Source: a bacterium
GTDB taxonomy: Bacteria > Bdellovibrionota_B > Oligoflexia > Oligoflexales > CAIYRB01
NCBI GenBank assembly: GCA_900299215.1
Contig: OMIY01000451.1
Span: 1 to 49,326 of the forward strand
Length of the DNA stretch: 49,326 nucleotides
Direction: 5' to 3'
A program made the translations under genes and the position numbers. Below are positions 36,648-46,147 of the stretch, one piece after another; the stretch's first letter is position 1; the number at the start of each line of letters is the position of its first letter. The notes beneath the pieces are model-generated. The model had not been told where the DNA came from, ran no database searches, and saw nothing but the letters and a program-made list of their open reading frames with translations.

Positions 36648-38216
36648 GTGGACGTTGCCATCGGGATTTTGGTGGCGGTCGTCGGCGTCGTGTTTGGCTT
36701 GCTTGGTGTTGGGGTTTTCCTCAACAAAAAGCAACTAGCTGTGGTCTTCAAAAAAGCTGAAGAAGAGGCAAAGCAGCTACGGGAAGAAGCCCGCAAGGAA
36801 GCCGACCAAATCGTTAAGCAAGCTCTAAAAGAGGCGAAAGACGAGGCCCGAAGTCGACGCCACCAATTTGAGGAAGAGCACAAAAATCGACGTAGTGAGA
36901 TAAGCAAGCTCGAAAATAAGATCAAGCAACGCGAGCAACAACTTGAGAAAAAACTCCAGTTAGTTGAAAAGCGGGAAACCGACCTCACTGCAGCGGAACA
37001 GGAGCTCAGCAAGGAAGAGCAAAAGTACCACCGGATGAATGCCGAGTGTACGACTACTCTGGACCATGCTCGCCGAACCCTTCAGAATATTGCAAAAATG
37101 TCTGCTGAAGAGGCTAAGCGTGAGTTAATTCGCACACTGGAAGACGATGCTCGCCGAGAAGCTAAGGATCGCCTGAGGGCAATAGAGGAACAGACTAGGA
37201 AAGAGGCAGAAGAGCGCGCAAGGGCAGTTGTAAGTTTGGCCGTCCAAAGGGTTGCGGGTGAATTTGTAAGTGACTCCACAATCTCTGTGGTTGCTTTGCC
37301 AAGCGACGATATGAAGGGACGTATTATCGGTCGTGAGGGGCGCAATATTAGGGCCCTGGAACAGGCCACTGGGGTCGACCTCATCATTGACGATACTCCA
37401 GAGGCTGTAATCCTCTCGTGTTTCAACCCGATCCGCCGCGAGATCGCCAAGTTATCTTTAGAAAGACTGGTTGCTGACGGCAGGATCCATCCAGCTAGAA
37501 TCGAAGAAACGGCAAAGCGGGTAACTAACGAGTTTGAGCAGATTATTCGGGAAGCCGGTGAACAGGCTGCCTTCGATGTAGGTATCACTGACTTACACCC
37601 TGAGCTCATTCGCCATCTAGGCCGCCTGAAATTCCGCACAGTGGGTGTACAAACCGTACTGCAACATGCTGTGGAAACGGCCCAGCTATGCGGAATCATG
37701 GCTTCAGAAATGGGGCTCAACGTAAAAAGGGCCAAACGTTGCGGATTACTACACGATATCGGTAAAGCTGTAGATCAGGACACGGAAGGCCATCACTCGC
37801 AAATTGGGGCCGACATATGCGCCAAATACGACGAAGCAGAGGCAGTCGTAAACGCAATCCGACTCCACCACGAAGACGACATCAACCAGGCCAGTCCCTA
37901 TGCGGTAGTGCTTCACACAGCCAACGTGCTCTCATCAAAACGGCCAGGGGCCCGAAGAGAAGTCATGGAAACTTACCTTACCCGATTGACGGATATGGAG
38001 AAGTTGGTCAAAGACTTTGCTGGCATTGAAGATGCCTATGTAATGCAGGCCGGTAATGAGGTTAGAGCAATGGTTACTCCAACTGGAGTGTCCGATCACG
38101 ACTGTGTCGACCTAGCCAATGAAATCGCCTCCAAGTTGCGGCAGGAAATTACATTTCCGGGCCAGGTGAGAGTTACCGTAGTTCGGGAGAGTCGAGTCGC
38201 GGATTTCGCTAAGTGA
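36648..38216 (+). CDS. rny: Ribonuclease Y
   Basis: N-terminal TM helix, Lys/Glu-rich coiled coil, KH domain (GRIIGREGRNIRALE), HD domain (LLHDIGKA...HH). GTG start with AAAGGAGAG SD. Confidence 0.92.
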   Translation: MDVAIGILVAVVGVVFGLLGVGVFLNKKQLAVVFKKAEEEAKQLREEARKEADQIVKQALKEAKDEARSRRHQFEEEHKNRRSEISKLENKIKQREQQLEKKLQLVEKRETDLTAAEQELSKEEQKYHRMNAECTTTLDHARRTLQNIAKMSAEEAKRELIRTLEDDARREAKDRLRAIEEQTRKEAEERARAVVSLAVQRVAGEFVSDSTISVVALPSDDMKGRIIGREGRNIRALEQATGVDLIIDDTPEAVILSCFNPIRREIAKLSLERLVADGRIHPARIEETAKRVTNEFEQIIREAGEQAAFDVGITDLHPELIRHLGRLKFRTVGVQTVLQHAVETAQLCGIMASEMGLNVKRAKRCGLLHDIGKAVDQDTEGHHSQIGADICAKYDEAEAVVNAIRLHHEDDINQASPYAVVLHTANVLSSKRPGARREVMETYLTRLTDMEKLVKDFAGIEDAYVMQAGNEVRAMVTPTGVSDHDCVDLANEIASKLRQEITFPGQVRVTVVRESRVADFAK

Positions 38217-39013
38217 CAAAGATACTTGCAATCGGAGACGTGATGGGCAAGGTCGGTCGGCGCTGCCTCGAGACCTTGCTCCCAACCATTCGGGAACAGC
38301 ATCAGCCAGACTTTGTTGTCGTTAACGGCGAAAATGCCGCGGGGGGATTTGGGCTGACGGAGAAGATCTACAAGAGCTTCGTCGATCAGCTCCAAATTGA
38401 TGCGGTTACAATGGGCAACCACTGGCATGACAAGCGCGAAATTTATGGTCTACTGCCTCGAGCTGAAAGACTAGTTCTGCCTTGTAACATGGGAAATGTT
38501 GACGACGATCGGTTGGGGCTCAAGATTATAACGGCGAAAAATGGGCAAAGGCTTGCTGTTATCAACTGTATCGGCCGGGCATTCATGAAAGATGGCAATC
38601 GCGACATCTTTAAAACTGTGGATAAATTGCTTGAAGAGATCCCCAGTAGCGTACGTATTCGAATTGTTGACATTCATGCCGAAGCCACCAGCGAGAAGCA
38701 GGCCTTGGGCTGGTATCTTGCGGGGCGAGTTTCTCTGGTTTATGGGACACACTCCCATGTACCTACAGCTGACCACCGACTTCTAGAAGATAAAACTGGT
38801 TTTGTGACAGACGTTGGTATGACAGGCCCCTACAGATCCGTGATCGGGATTGATGTTGGCGCAGCAATCCATCGTTTACTGACTGGCGAAAAAAAGAAGT
38901 TCGAACCTGCTACCGCTGACCCCCACCTATATGCGATCATGGCCGACATTGATGACGATACCGGTCATTGCCGTCAAGTACAGAGGTTGCACTTTCAACC
39001 GAAAGAACTGTGA
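38213..39013 (+). CDS. ymdB: YmdB-family metallophosphoesterase (2',3'-cyclic-nucleotide phosphodiesterase-like)
   Basis: KILAIGDVMGKVGR, VVVNGENAAGGFG, TMGNHWHD and GTHSHVPTAD. GTG overlaps the rny stop (GTGA). The conserved rny-ymdB pairing is present. Confidence 0.85.
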   Translation: MTKILAIGDVMGKVGRRCLETLLPTIREQHQPDFVVVNGENAAGGFGLTEKIYKSFVDQLQIDAVTMGNHWHDKREIYGLLPRAERLVLPCNMGNVDDDRLGLKIITAKNGQRLAVINCIGRAFMKDGNRDIFKTVDKLLEEIPSSVRIRIVDIHAEATSEKQALGWYLAGRVSLVYGTHSHVPTADHRLLEDKTGFVTDVGMTGPYRSVIGIDVGAAIHRLLTGEKKKFEPATADPHLYAIMADIDDDTGHCRQVQRLHFQPKEL

Positions 39014-39034
39014 TTAATTGTAAGGAAACCGCTC

Positions 39035-40771
39035 ATGAAACTGCTGCGACTGACCGTGCTCTTCCTGCTGATTGCGCTGATGCCAACACCTAAGGCGAGG
39101 GCTTTTTGGGCAAGCGGTTCAGGATATTATGGCCTGCGTGGATCAACAGAAATTGCTCCTGCTTTTCAAAAGAACACTGGCACCTTTCAGGCAATTGAGC
39201 AGAGTTTTCTCTTAACTGGTGAGGCTAGAGTAAACGACCAGTTAAGTACATTCCTGGAACTACGCCTTTTTGAAGACCTTCGACGAGCTTACCTCGGCAA
39301 TGTCGGCCAACCGGCAGACTGTGCAGGTAGACCGGGCTCCACTGTGAGCGAGCAATGCTCAAATCAGCATCAAAGCACTGGCGAGCCCGGCTATAAGCCT
39401 TACGCTCCAAACATTACTAAAGCATACGTTCGCTATGCATTCGACTATTGTATTTTGGAGGCCGGTCGTCGAGGCCGCAATTGGGGCCTTGGAATGTTTC
39501 TAGATGACGGCACTCGTCCGTTCGCCCAGCAGATATCAGCTTTTGATGGCGTAACCTGTAATGTAAACATTCAAAAAAGCCAAACCCTCGGTTTTAGTGT
39601 TGGGTATGACAAACTCGCTGAAACCGGATCACCTGTAGACCCTAATTGGAATAATTACTCAGGACAGGCTGCGGGAACGGGAAATGCCCCAGCAACTTCA
39701 GATCGTAAGTTTGGTGCCTACGATCCCTACGATGATCTTGACCAGTATTTCTTCACTATCGAGTACGATGATCGGAAAGCTAATGCTGGCGCTAGTTTCA
39801 CGAAACAGGTGGGCGTATACTTTGCTCAGATTATGGGCAAGCCATATAAAACCGAGTACGTGGTCACTGATCCAAATAATCCCAGTACAGGATCTCAGCT
39901 TAAGGAAACCGGAGGGGATGCCACAGACCTTAAGTTTTTGGACCTTTATACGGGTTTTTACCTGGGTGATTTGGCGCTTCGCAACGAAGTGCTATTCCGT
40001 ATGGGAAAATCTATGGATCCGAACTGGCTCTATCTTGGCGGAAGTTATGGTGTAGGCCAGCCCGTTACTAACAACTTAGATTCCGTGGCGGTTGCAGGCG
40101 ACCTCGAGTGGACGATCGCTCATTCTGGAGCACCTGTAGGCCCAATAGAATTCAACAAAGGCGATATGACGAAACATCTTTTGTTTTTCAATTACGCCTA
40201 TGCTCCAGGCAACGAAGAGGGCTATCGCAATTTTGACACTGCTCCAAATGTTTCAGGCCTTGACCCCTCCGTGGCAAGTAAACTTACCAAATCGTCTCGG
40301 ACCAATAATGTAAAGGCTGTCCAGTTTCATAGAAATTTCAAGCCAGCCTTGTTACTTTTCAATGCTCAGCCAAACGCTGACACTTTAATCATTGATGGGG
40401 CCTTTAACCCCTCACGCTTCCTAAATGCCACTCTTTTTGCGACTGGTTACCGTTACGAAAGTATGGAAAACGGTAACTTTGAAGTTAAATTGTTAACAGC
40501 TAACCTAAACGAAAGCGTCCCAACGGAAGTGCAGCAGTATTATGCCGCCATTAACGGGAAGGCAATCGACAACGGATCTAGGCCAGCTGGATTTTACGGA
40601 AGAAGTCTTGGATGGGAGCTTGATCTTTCCTACACTTTCAAATTTGGTCGTGACGCAGAGATTGGCGCATCCCTAGCTACGGCTTTACCGGGTAAGGCAT
40701 GGCAAGTCCGAACTGACTCCAAACCAACAACTGACTTTTTGCTACAATCGATGGCTGTATTCCACTTCTAG
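39035..40771 (+). CDS. Large putative outer-membrane beta-barrel protein, uncharacterised
   Basis: Signal peptide MKLLRLTVLFLLIALMPTPKARA, abundant aromatic/Gly alternating segments, and a C-terminal ...LLQSMAVFHF (terminal Phe). Confidence 0.5.
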   Translation: MKLLRLTVLFLLIALMPTPKARAFWASGSGYYGLRGSTEIAPAFQKNTGTFQAIEQSFLLTGEARVNDQLSTFLELRLFEDLRRAYLGNVGQPADCAGRPGSTVSEQCSNQHQSTGEPGYKPYAPNITKAYVRYAFDYCILEAGRRGRNWGLGMFLDDGTRPFAQQISAFDGVTCNVNIQKSQTLGFSVGYDKLAETGSPVDPNWNNYSGQAAGTGNAPATSDRKFGAYDPYDDLDQYFFTIEYDDRKANAGASFTKQVGVYFAQIMGKPYKTEYVVTDPNNPSTGSQLKETGGDATDLKFLDLYTGFYLGDLALRNEVLFRMGKSMDPNWLYLGGSYGVGQPVTNNLDSVAVAGDLEWTIAHSGAPVGPIEFNKGDMTKHLLFFNYAYAPGNEEGYRNFDTAPNVSGLDPSVASKLTKSSRTNNVKAVQFHRNFKPALLLFNAQPNADTLIIDGAFNPSRFLNATLFATGYRYESMENGNFEVKLLTANLNESVPTEVQQYYAAINGKAIDNGSRPAGFYGRSLGWELDLSYTFKFGRDAEIGASLATALPGKAWQVRTDSKPTTDFLLQSMAVFHF

Positions 40772-40796
40772 TGGCTAGAATCTTAGGAGCCTTGAG

Positions 40797-42239
40797 ATGA
40801 GCGAGCAGGTAAACGATCGACGTACTGATCAACGCCTTGATGACGCGATCATCATAGACTTCCTCACCTCGACAGCGTCTGTATTTGCGAAGCACGGTAT
40901 TACATCAAGTAAGGATACGGACAATCTTCGCTTATCCTTGAGTGGTTTAGCGTCTGATCCCTCAGGCCGAACTCTACTCCTTGCGCTTGAGCGAGAGAGA
41001 GCTGAGTACCTTGACCTTCTAAAGGCCAGATTCGGCACTGCGGGCCTCAGTTTGAATCTACTAAGATTCTCGATGCGACCTCCTCTTTTGGGATTAATTG
41101 GCGTCCTAAGTGAAGTCGGACAGGCTCTGCTCAAGAAGGCTGAACTACTTTTCAACCGCCCATTCCTTTTGCAATTAGATGGACACCCGGCACGGCAGGT
41201 TCTTTTTTCCACAGTAATTGTCGATTTGGCCGCTGCCATCGCCGACACTTGCCAACTGATTTCTGACAACCTGGGACATTTAAATCAAATGGTGCCATGT
41301 GGGCTACCTCTGGTCACTGAGAGCGATCAAGTCATCGATCTGGAACTTGCTCAGTCGTTGGGCTTTAACCAACTTGACCCAAATAGTTCGCCCGACTTTG
41401 CAACTGCTGCGGTAAAGAGGCGAATTGCGGAGGCAAGCCAATCTCTAGCTGAAAATCTCGCTCACCTTGCTGAGCAGCTTCTATGGAATACGAGCGAACA
41501 AGCTGCCCATGATCTTCTATCCGCTATCGAGCTCTTTAAGCTCGACTCCCAGCGGCTTGGCTCAATGGATTTGCCTCGCAACGACAGCCTAGTTCTTTGG
41601 GAGGTTCGGCGAAAATATGTCCTGGAATGCATCCAATCCATTGAAAAGAATCTCCGTAAAGTCGGATTGGCCCTATTTGAAGCTCTTAGTTTCGAAATCG
41701 TTCGAAAGCCGACCCTAATGACAGATGCTGGCCGTCGTAGATTAAAATTTAATTTGATTGCCAACGGCATTTCGCCAGCTCGCGCCGACGAAGCCGTATC
41801 AGCTCTGCTTAACTATTTAATGACGCAAAATCTGGCGCCATCGCAACTTCTTGCGGCCGAACTAAACCGAATTCATCAAGACTTGATGCCGGCGACTCTT
41901 GTCACACTCGTTGACCTAGTAAACGACAGTTCCCTTATGAATGGGGCCCCACAGGACAAGGGGATAACCCTAAAAAAAGCCTCTAGCCTGGCAAAAACTC
42001 TAAGGTCGCTAAGCGTCGTTGCACCGTTGGCAATTGTAGTTTTCATGGCATTGCCGGGCTGTGGTTTAAAGACGGCACCGCAAAGCGCAGTGAACGAATT
42101 GCGTCCCGATATTCCATTTAGGTATTTTGAATCAAGTAAATCGGTTGACGCCCAGACGAATGGCAAGGAAACTCAGGTGGCACCAAGAGATCAAGCAGGA
42201 GAGGGCGTTAATGGCCAGCTTGCAAAACAGCGCAATTGA
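40797..42239 (+). CDS. Argininosuccinate-lyase-like (fumarate-lyase fold) protein with degenerate catalytic motifs and a C-terminal hydrophobic/lipobox segment
   Basis: Collinear resemblance to ArgH as recalled: LGF..L...S, ...AENLAHLAEQLLW (cf. LSRFAEDLIFF), and the C-terminal helical domain. The signature GSSxMPxKxNP is replaced by GSMDLPRNDS, and TGRSRND is absent. Residues ~405-425 are VVAPLAIVVFMALPGCGLKT. Confidence 0.5.
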   Translation: MSEQVNDRRTDQRLDDAIIIDFLTSTASVFAKHGITSSKDTDNLRLSLSGLASDPSGRTLLLALERERAEYLDLLKARFGTAGLSLNLLRFSMRPPLLGLIGVLSEVGQALLKKAELLFNRPFLLQLDGHPARQVLFSTVIVDLAAAIADTCQLISDNLGHLNQMVPCGLPLVTESDQVIDLELAQSLGFNQLDPNSSPDFATAAVKRRIAEASQSLAENLAHLAEQLLWNTSEQAAHDLLSAIELFKLDSQRLGSMDLPRNDSLVLWEVRRKYVLECIQSIEKNLRKVGLALFEALSFEIVRKPTLMTDAGRRRLKFNLIANGISPARADEAVSALLNYLMTQNLAPSQLLAAELNRIHQDLMPATLVTLVDLVNDSSLMNGAPQDKGITLKKASSLAKTLRSLSVVAPLAIVVFMALPGCGLKTAPQSAVNELRPDIPFRYFESSKSVDAQTNGKETQVAPRDQAGEGVNGQLAKQRN

Positions 42240-43122
42240 GTTTGAGGGCGTTTGGACCGCAATTGCAACCCCTTTTAGGGAAGATCGGCAGATTGACTGG
42301 GCTGCATTTGAGAAGCTGCTAGAGATTCAAGAGCAAGGCCACGTTAGTGGAATTGTTATCTCCGGAACAACTGGCGAGTCACCGACACTAACGCCAACTG
42401 AAAAATTATCATTAGTCCGAAAAGCTCGCGCGCTCCTGAGCTCAAAGATTCGCATCATGGCTGGCACTGGAGATAATAATACTCAGCAGAGTGTTGAACT
42501 CTCGAAGTTAGCTCAGGACGCGGGTGCAGATAGTCTTCTTGTGGTTACTCCTCCATACAACAAACCTACAACGGCAGGCTTGGTAAGGCACTATCGGGCT
42601 ATCTCGGAGGCAGTCAAAATTCCAGTCTGTCTTTATCATGTACCAGGGCGAACGGCCCACATGCTCACCCTTGACCAGATGGTTACAGTTTGCAGAGACG
42701 GGAACATTAGGGCCGTTAAAGAGGCTAGTGCCGACCTCGGATTCTTTTCTCGCAGCTTGAAATCTACGGGGTTGCCATTTCTTTCTGGTGATGACACTAC
42801 CTATCTACCCTGCCTAGCCGTCGGCGGAACTGGAATAATTAGCGTCGTAACCAATATTTTTCCAAAAGCCTTTGTTGCACTCACTTCTGCATTTTTAAAC
42901 GGCGATTTCAGGAAAGCACAAACTATTCATCATACGCTTATGCCTGCAATCGACATTCTATTCTGTGAAACTAATCCTGGCCCTCTCAAGGCAGCCCTCG
43001 AAGTTATTGGTATTGGAAAAAACGTGGTGCGTCCGCCTTTAGCCGAGGTGACTGAGAGTAATCGACGTCGCATAGCTGAAGTCATCACCGCTACTCAAGA
43101 GAATTTGAAGGGTTTGATCTAA
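42211..43122 (+). CDS. dapA: 4-hydroxy-tetrahydrodipicolinate synthase
   Basis: GVWTAIATPF, SGTTGESPTLT, PYYNKP-like TPPYNKPT, YHVPGRT and IRAVKEASAD (Schiff-base Lys). ATG 42211 with AGGAGAGG SD. It overlaps the upstream ORF by 29 nt. Confidence 0.9.
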   Translation: MASLQNSAIEFEGVWTAIATPFREDRQIDWAAFEKLLEIQEQGHVSGIVISGTTGESPTLTPTEKLSLVRKARALLSSKIRIMAGTGDNNTQQSVELSKLAQDAGADSLLVVTPPYNKPTTAGLVRHYRAISEAVKIPVCLYHVPGRTAHMLTLDQMVTVCRDGNIRAVKEASADLGFFSRSLKSTGLPFLSGDDTTYLPCLAVGGTGIISVVTNIFPKAFVALTSAFLNGDFRKAQTIHHTLMPAIDILFCETNPGPLKAALEVIGIGKNVVRPPLAEVTESNRRRIAEVITATQENLKGLI

Positions 43123-43123
43123 A

Positions 43124-43951
43124 GTGCCCACAAAAACTAAATGTTCAAATATTTGGATCCATGGAATCTCTGGGCGTATGGGCAAAGAGATCCGTGAGCT
43201 TTGTCGCCAGGGGTGGCATGACCGCTTCAGTGTAGCCGGTGGAAGTGCTCGAACTGCTGATCCCGACGGGGATACAATTGTTACTTCACCTGCTTTGATC
43301 GCCAAGAAACTTTTGCAAACTCAGACTGAAATAATTCTCGATTTTTCGAGTGCCGCTGGTAACAAAGTGTTGGTTGAAGCCATCGAATCTTCCAGCGAAG
43401 TCAGAGGTTTATCAGTAATTATTGGTTCTACGGGCATGCCCTCTGAAGACTGTCAGAGGTGGCGAAAACTTGCTGGGGAGCGAAAGTTACGACTTCTCTT
43501 TGCGCCAAACACCAGTATCGGCATCCTTATGGCCGTGAAGGCAGCCAGCTTAATAGCACCCTCTCTTAGACAGCTGGGTTTTGACATAGAGATAACAGAG
43601 ACACATCATCGGCGAAAACTAGATGCACCTAGCGGGACAGCAAAATTTCTAGCCGAAACTGTTGCCGCCAGTGTTGGCGACCTCAACGTGGTGACAGAGC
43701 GCCACGGTGGCCGTAAGGAAAACGAACTTGGAGTCCACGCAGTTCGCGGTGGAGGCGTTTTCGGCGAGCACGAGATTCGCCTAATTGGCGATTCTGAGGA
43801 GGTTGCAATTTCTCACCGTGCTTTCAATCGCACTCTTTTTGCTGACGGGGCATTAGTTCTTTCATCCTGGCTTAAAGGCAAAAATCCCGGGATCTATGGC
43901 CTACTGGATGTAGATCCGAAGGAACTTTTGGGCCAGGAAAACCGGCATTAA
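43124..43951 (+). CDS. dapB: 4-hydroxy-tetrahydrodipicolinate reductase
   Basis: IWIHGISGRMGKE (nucleotide-binding) and ETHHRRKLDAPSGTA signature. GTG start 1 nt after the dapA stop. Confidence 0.9.
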   Translation: MPTKTKCSNIWIHGISGRMGKEIRELCRQGWHDRFSVAGGSARTADPDGDTIVTSPALIAKKLLQTQTEIILDFSSAAGNKVLVEAIESSSEVRGLSVIIGSTGMPSEDCQRWRKLAGERKLRLLFAPNTSIGILMAVKAASLIAPSLRQLGFDIEITETHHRRKLDAPSGTAKFLAETVAASVGDLNVVTERHGGRKENELGVHAVRGGGVFGEHEIRLIGDSEEVAISHRAFNRTLFADGALVLSSWLKGKNPGIYGLLDVDPKELLGQENRH

Positions 43952-45999
43952 GATCGGGCTTTAAGCTCACCGCCAAGCTGAACAAAAGAAGTAGTCTCAT
44001 TGTAAACAATAACTGTTTCTGAGCTTAACCAATAGCCATCGCGCGTCTGCACCTGAAGTGTATAGATCCCAGATGGTACGTTAAAGAAGACTGCCTTAGT
44101 TAAAGGGGCATCGCTAAAATACCACCCGTCACCGACGTCACGACCATTTTGGTCGATAAGACGCATAGACACGGTGTCTTTTGCAACCATTGTTGGGGCG
44201 CTGTAGTGTACTAACACTGCTCCCTGGGATGAGTCATGAGCAACCTGAGCAAAAATCGAAAGGTCCTCGATGAATCCCCTAGGAATGAGGGGCAGAACTT
44301 TTTGATGATCGTCTGCTCGAAATGAATAGACTACTGGCTCAAACTCTGCAGCTCGTGAGTAAAGGTAAAAGCTACCATGGCTATAGGTTACAGGGTCTTG
44401 GGAAGACATCTTACCTGAAGCCGCTTGCATCATCGGAGTGTCATCTCCAAAGGGGATGATATCTACAGCATCGACGTGTTTAAATGTATTAGCAATAGTC
44501 GGATCACTGCTTAATTGCTCCTGAGCTGTCGCCATACTTGCTAGCTGAACAGAAAGTGCCTTCTGATGGCTAAGATCCACGACATCTTCAGAATGATTAC
44601 CAACAAAAACTGCGACTGGCTGCGTCATTAACTGCTCGTCGCCACGGTAAATTGAGACAGCAGCTGGGCCAGGAGTCACGTTTAAAAAGCATACGCGTCC
44701 ATCGGTACCGGTTTGATTTAGCCCCCGGTCAAGGTAACCAAATCGGTTAAAATAATACGGGCCCTCTGCCGGTGTATCGAATCGAACATTCAATCCACTT
44801 GCCGGCACAGAAGCTTCGGTTTCGCCTTTTTGAGTTATCGTTGCACAATAGGAGCCCAGTCCGGATTTCTGGACCGTGCTTGCGATTGCAGACAATCCAT
44901 CAAAGATCAGACCTCTAAGCATCTTAAGGCGCTTGACTCCCTTTCCCTCGCTTGCAATTTCGGCTACTGCCGACCGTACTTGTGAACCGGGATCATCAAC
45001 CCGAATCAAAAAACGTGAGTTTTTTGGCATATCCTTGATAATTAGATGCCCGGTCGCATCCGTTTGCCCGACAAAATCTGTCCCAACGACGCGCACGGTT
45101 GCACCAATTACTGGATAGATTTTGCCCGCTGCCACATCCGACCTGTCGTCGATAAGTTGGATGGTAACGGGTTGATAATCGATTTCGCTTTTACCGTAGT
45201 AGAATCGAAAATGTTCACGTTGAAGAGCGGCCATAGAATTTGTGGTTGAGGCCACACTTTCGGCTAATGAAGGAGCCTTCAAAGCATCTCCCTCTGTTTC
45301 CCTGATATCTTCTGCAGATTTCGAAGCATCTGCCTCATGTGACGTCAAATCTTCGTTGAGCTCTTGGGCTACGGCCTCCCCCTTTTCAATAGGCACTGCG
45401 TTGAATTTGGCGCTGGATGTGTCCTTTGGAATCACTCCTGTTAAGCTAAATAAGCTTTCAGGCGCGCGCATATCCCAGGCCTTGCCCGATGCTTCGCCGC
45501 GTACCCGTACCGGGAGGATGTACATACGTCCTTTACTAAAGGCATAGAGCTCGGTTGTACCTGGTTTAATCGCGGCAAGCTGACCTAGTTCACGACGAAG
45601 CTCTAGGGTTTTCTCGTCACGCACAAAGAGTGCCAAATCTGCTAATTCAGAGGGCACTTGTAGTTGGATCTTTTCACCAGGCTTACCAAACTCTACGATA
45701 GCGGGATCGAATTTCAAACTTTCATTGGAAACTTCAATCTTAAGTGTTGAATTGCGCCGGTCAGCCGAAACGGTGACGGCATCCTCACTTTGTTTTACTC
45801 GACCTGCTATCTTTTCAACTGATGATCGAGAGCCGGCTTTACTCAAAAATTCTCGGACCGACATAGTTGGCCAAGAGGTCACATCGGCAAGTTGCAATCT
45901 TTGCGCTGCCGTAGCCTGGGGGGCCACCACTGTTGAGACAAGTATCGATGCAACAGTTGAGGAGGTCATTTGTCTGCGGCGTTTTTTTTGTACGCTCAT
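43948..45999 (-). CDS. Large secreted hypothetical protein (683 aa), probably multi-beta-sandwich
   Basis: Basic N-terminus plus a hydrophobic signal (…VVAPQATAAQ). Segments resemble carboxypeptidase-regulatory/Ig-like repeats (IYPVIGATVRVVGTDFVGQTDATGHLII; GIYTLQVQTRDGY). No catalytic motif recognised. Confidence 0.5.
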   Translation of the reverse strand: MSVQKKRRRQMTSSTVASILVSTVVAPQATAAQRLQLADVTSWPTMSVREFLSKAGSRSSVEKIAGRVKQSEDAVTVSADRRNSTLKIEVSNESLKFDPAIVEFGKPGEKIQLQVPSELADLALFVRDEKTLELRRELGQLAAIKPGTTELYAFSKGRMYILPVRVRGEASGKAWDMRAPESLFSLTGVIPKDTSSAKFNAVPIEKGEAVAQELNEDLTSHEADASKSAEDIRETEGDALKAPSLAESVASTTNSMAALQREHFRFYYGKSEIDYQPVTIQLIDDRSDVAAGKIYPVIGATVRVVGTDFVGQTDATGHLIIKDMPKNSRFLIRVDDPGSQVRSAVAEIASEGKGVKRLKMLRGLIFDGLSAIASTVQKSGLGSYCATITQKGETEASVPASGLNVRFDTPAEGPYYFNRFGYLDRGLNQTGTDGRVCFLNVTPGPAAVSIYRGDEQLMTQPVAVFVGNHSEDVVDLSHQKALSVQLASMATAQEQLSSDPTIANTFKHVDAVDIIPFGDDTPMMQAASGKMSSQDPVTYSHGSFYLYSRAAEFEPVVYSFRADDHQKVLPLIPRGFIEDLSIFAQVAHDSSQGAVLVHYSAPTMVAKDTVSMRLIDQNGRDVGDGWYFSDAPLTKAVFFNVPSGIYTLQVQTRDGYWLSSETVIVYNETTSFVQLGGELKARS

Positions 46000-46121
46000 G
46001 TTTCACATCCTAGTGAATCAAATGCTTCCAGTTTTCCCAGTTTATCTATCGGCGTCATAATAAAAAGATTAAATCGCGAGCCATGATTTGTGCTTTTATA
46101 CTGAGGAGCTTAGATGAAGCT

Positions 46122-46147
46122 AAAAACATTGAGGGCGGTATCCCTCA
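46122..46147 (-). terminator. Candidate intrinsic terminator of the psd-pyk-like-yqeY operon
   Basis: On the minus strand: TGAGGG-ataccg-CCCTCA followed by ATGTTTTT. The stem is short (6 bp) and the U-tract is offset by 3 nt. Confidence 0.4.

Noticed and set aside
36563-37735. Two long minus-strand ORFs (36563-37012, 149 aa; 37082-37735, 217 aa) antisense to rny
   Set aside because: They lie entirely inside the well-supported rny CDS. Their Ser/Arg/Leu/Cys-rich composition is what the reverse complement of a Lys/Glu/Ala-rich coiled-coil region produces. No SD or recognisable motifs. Classic shadow ORFs.
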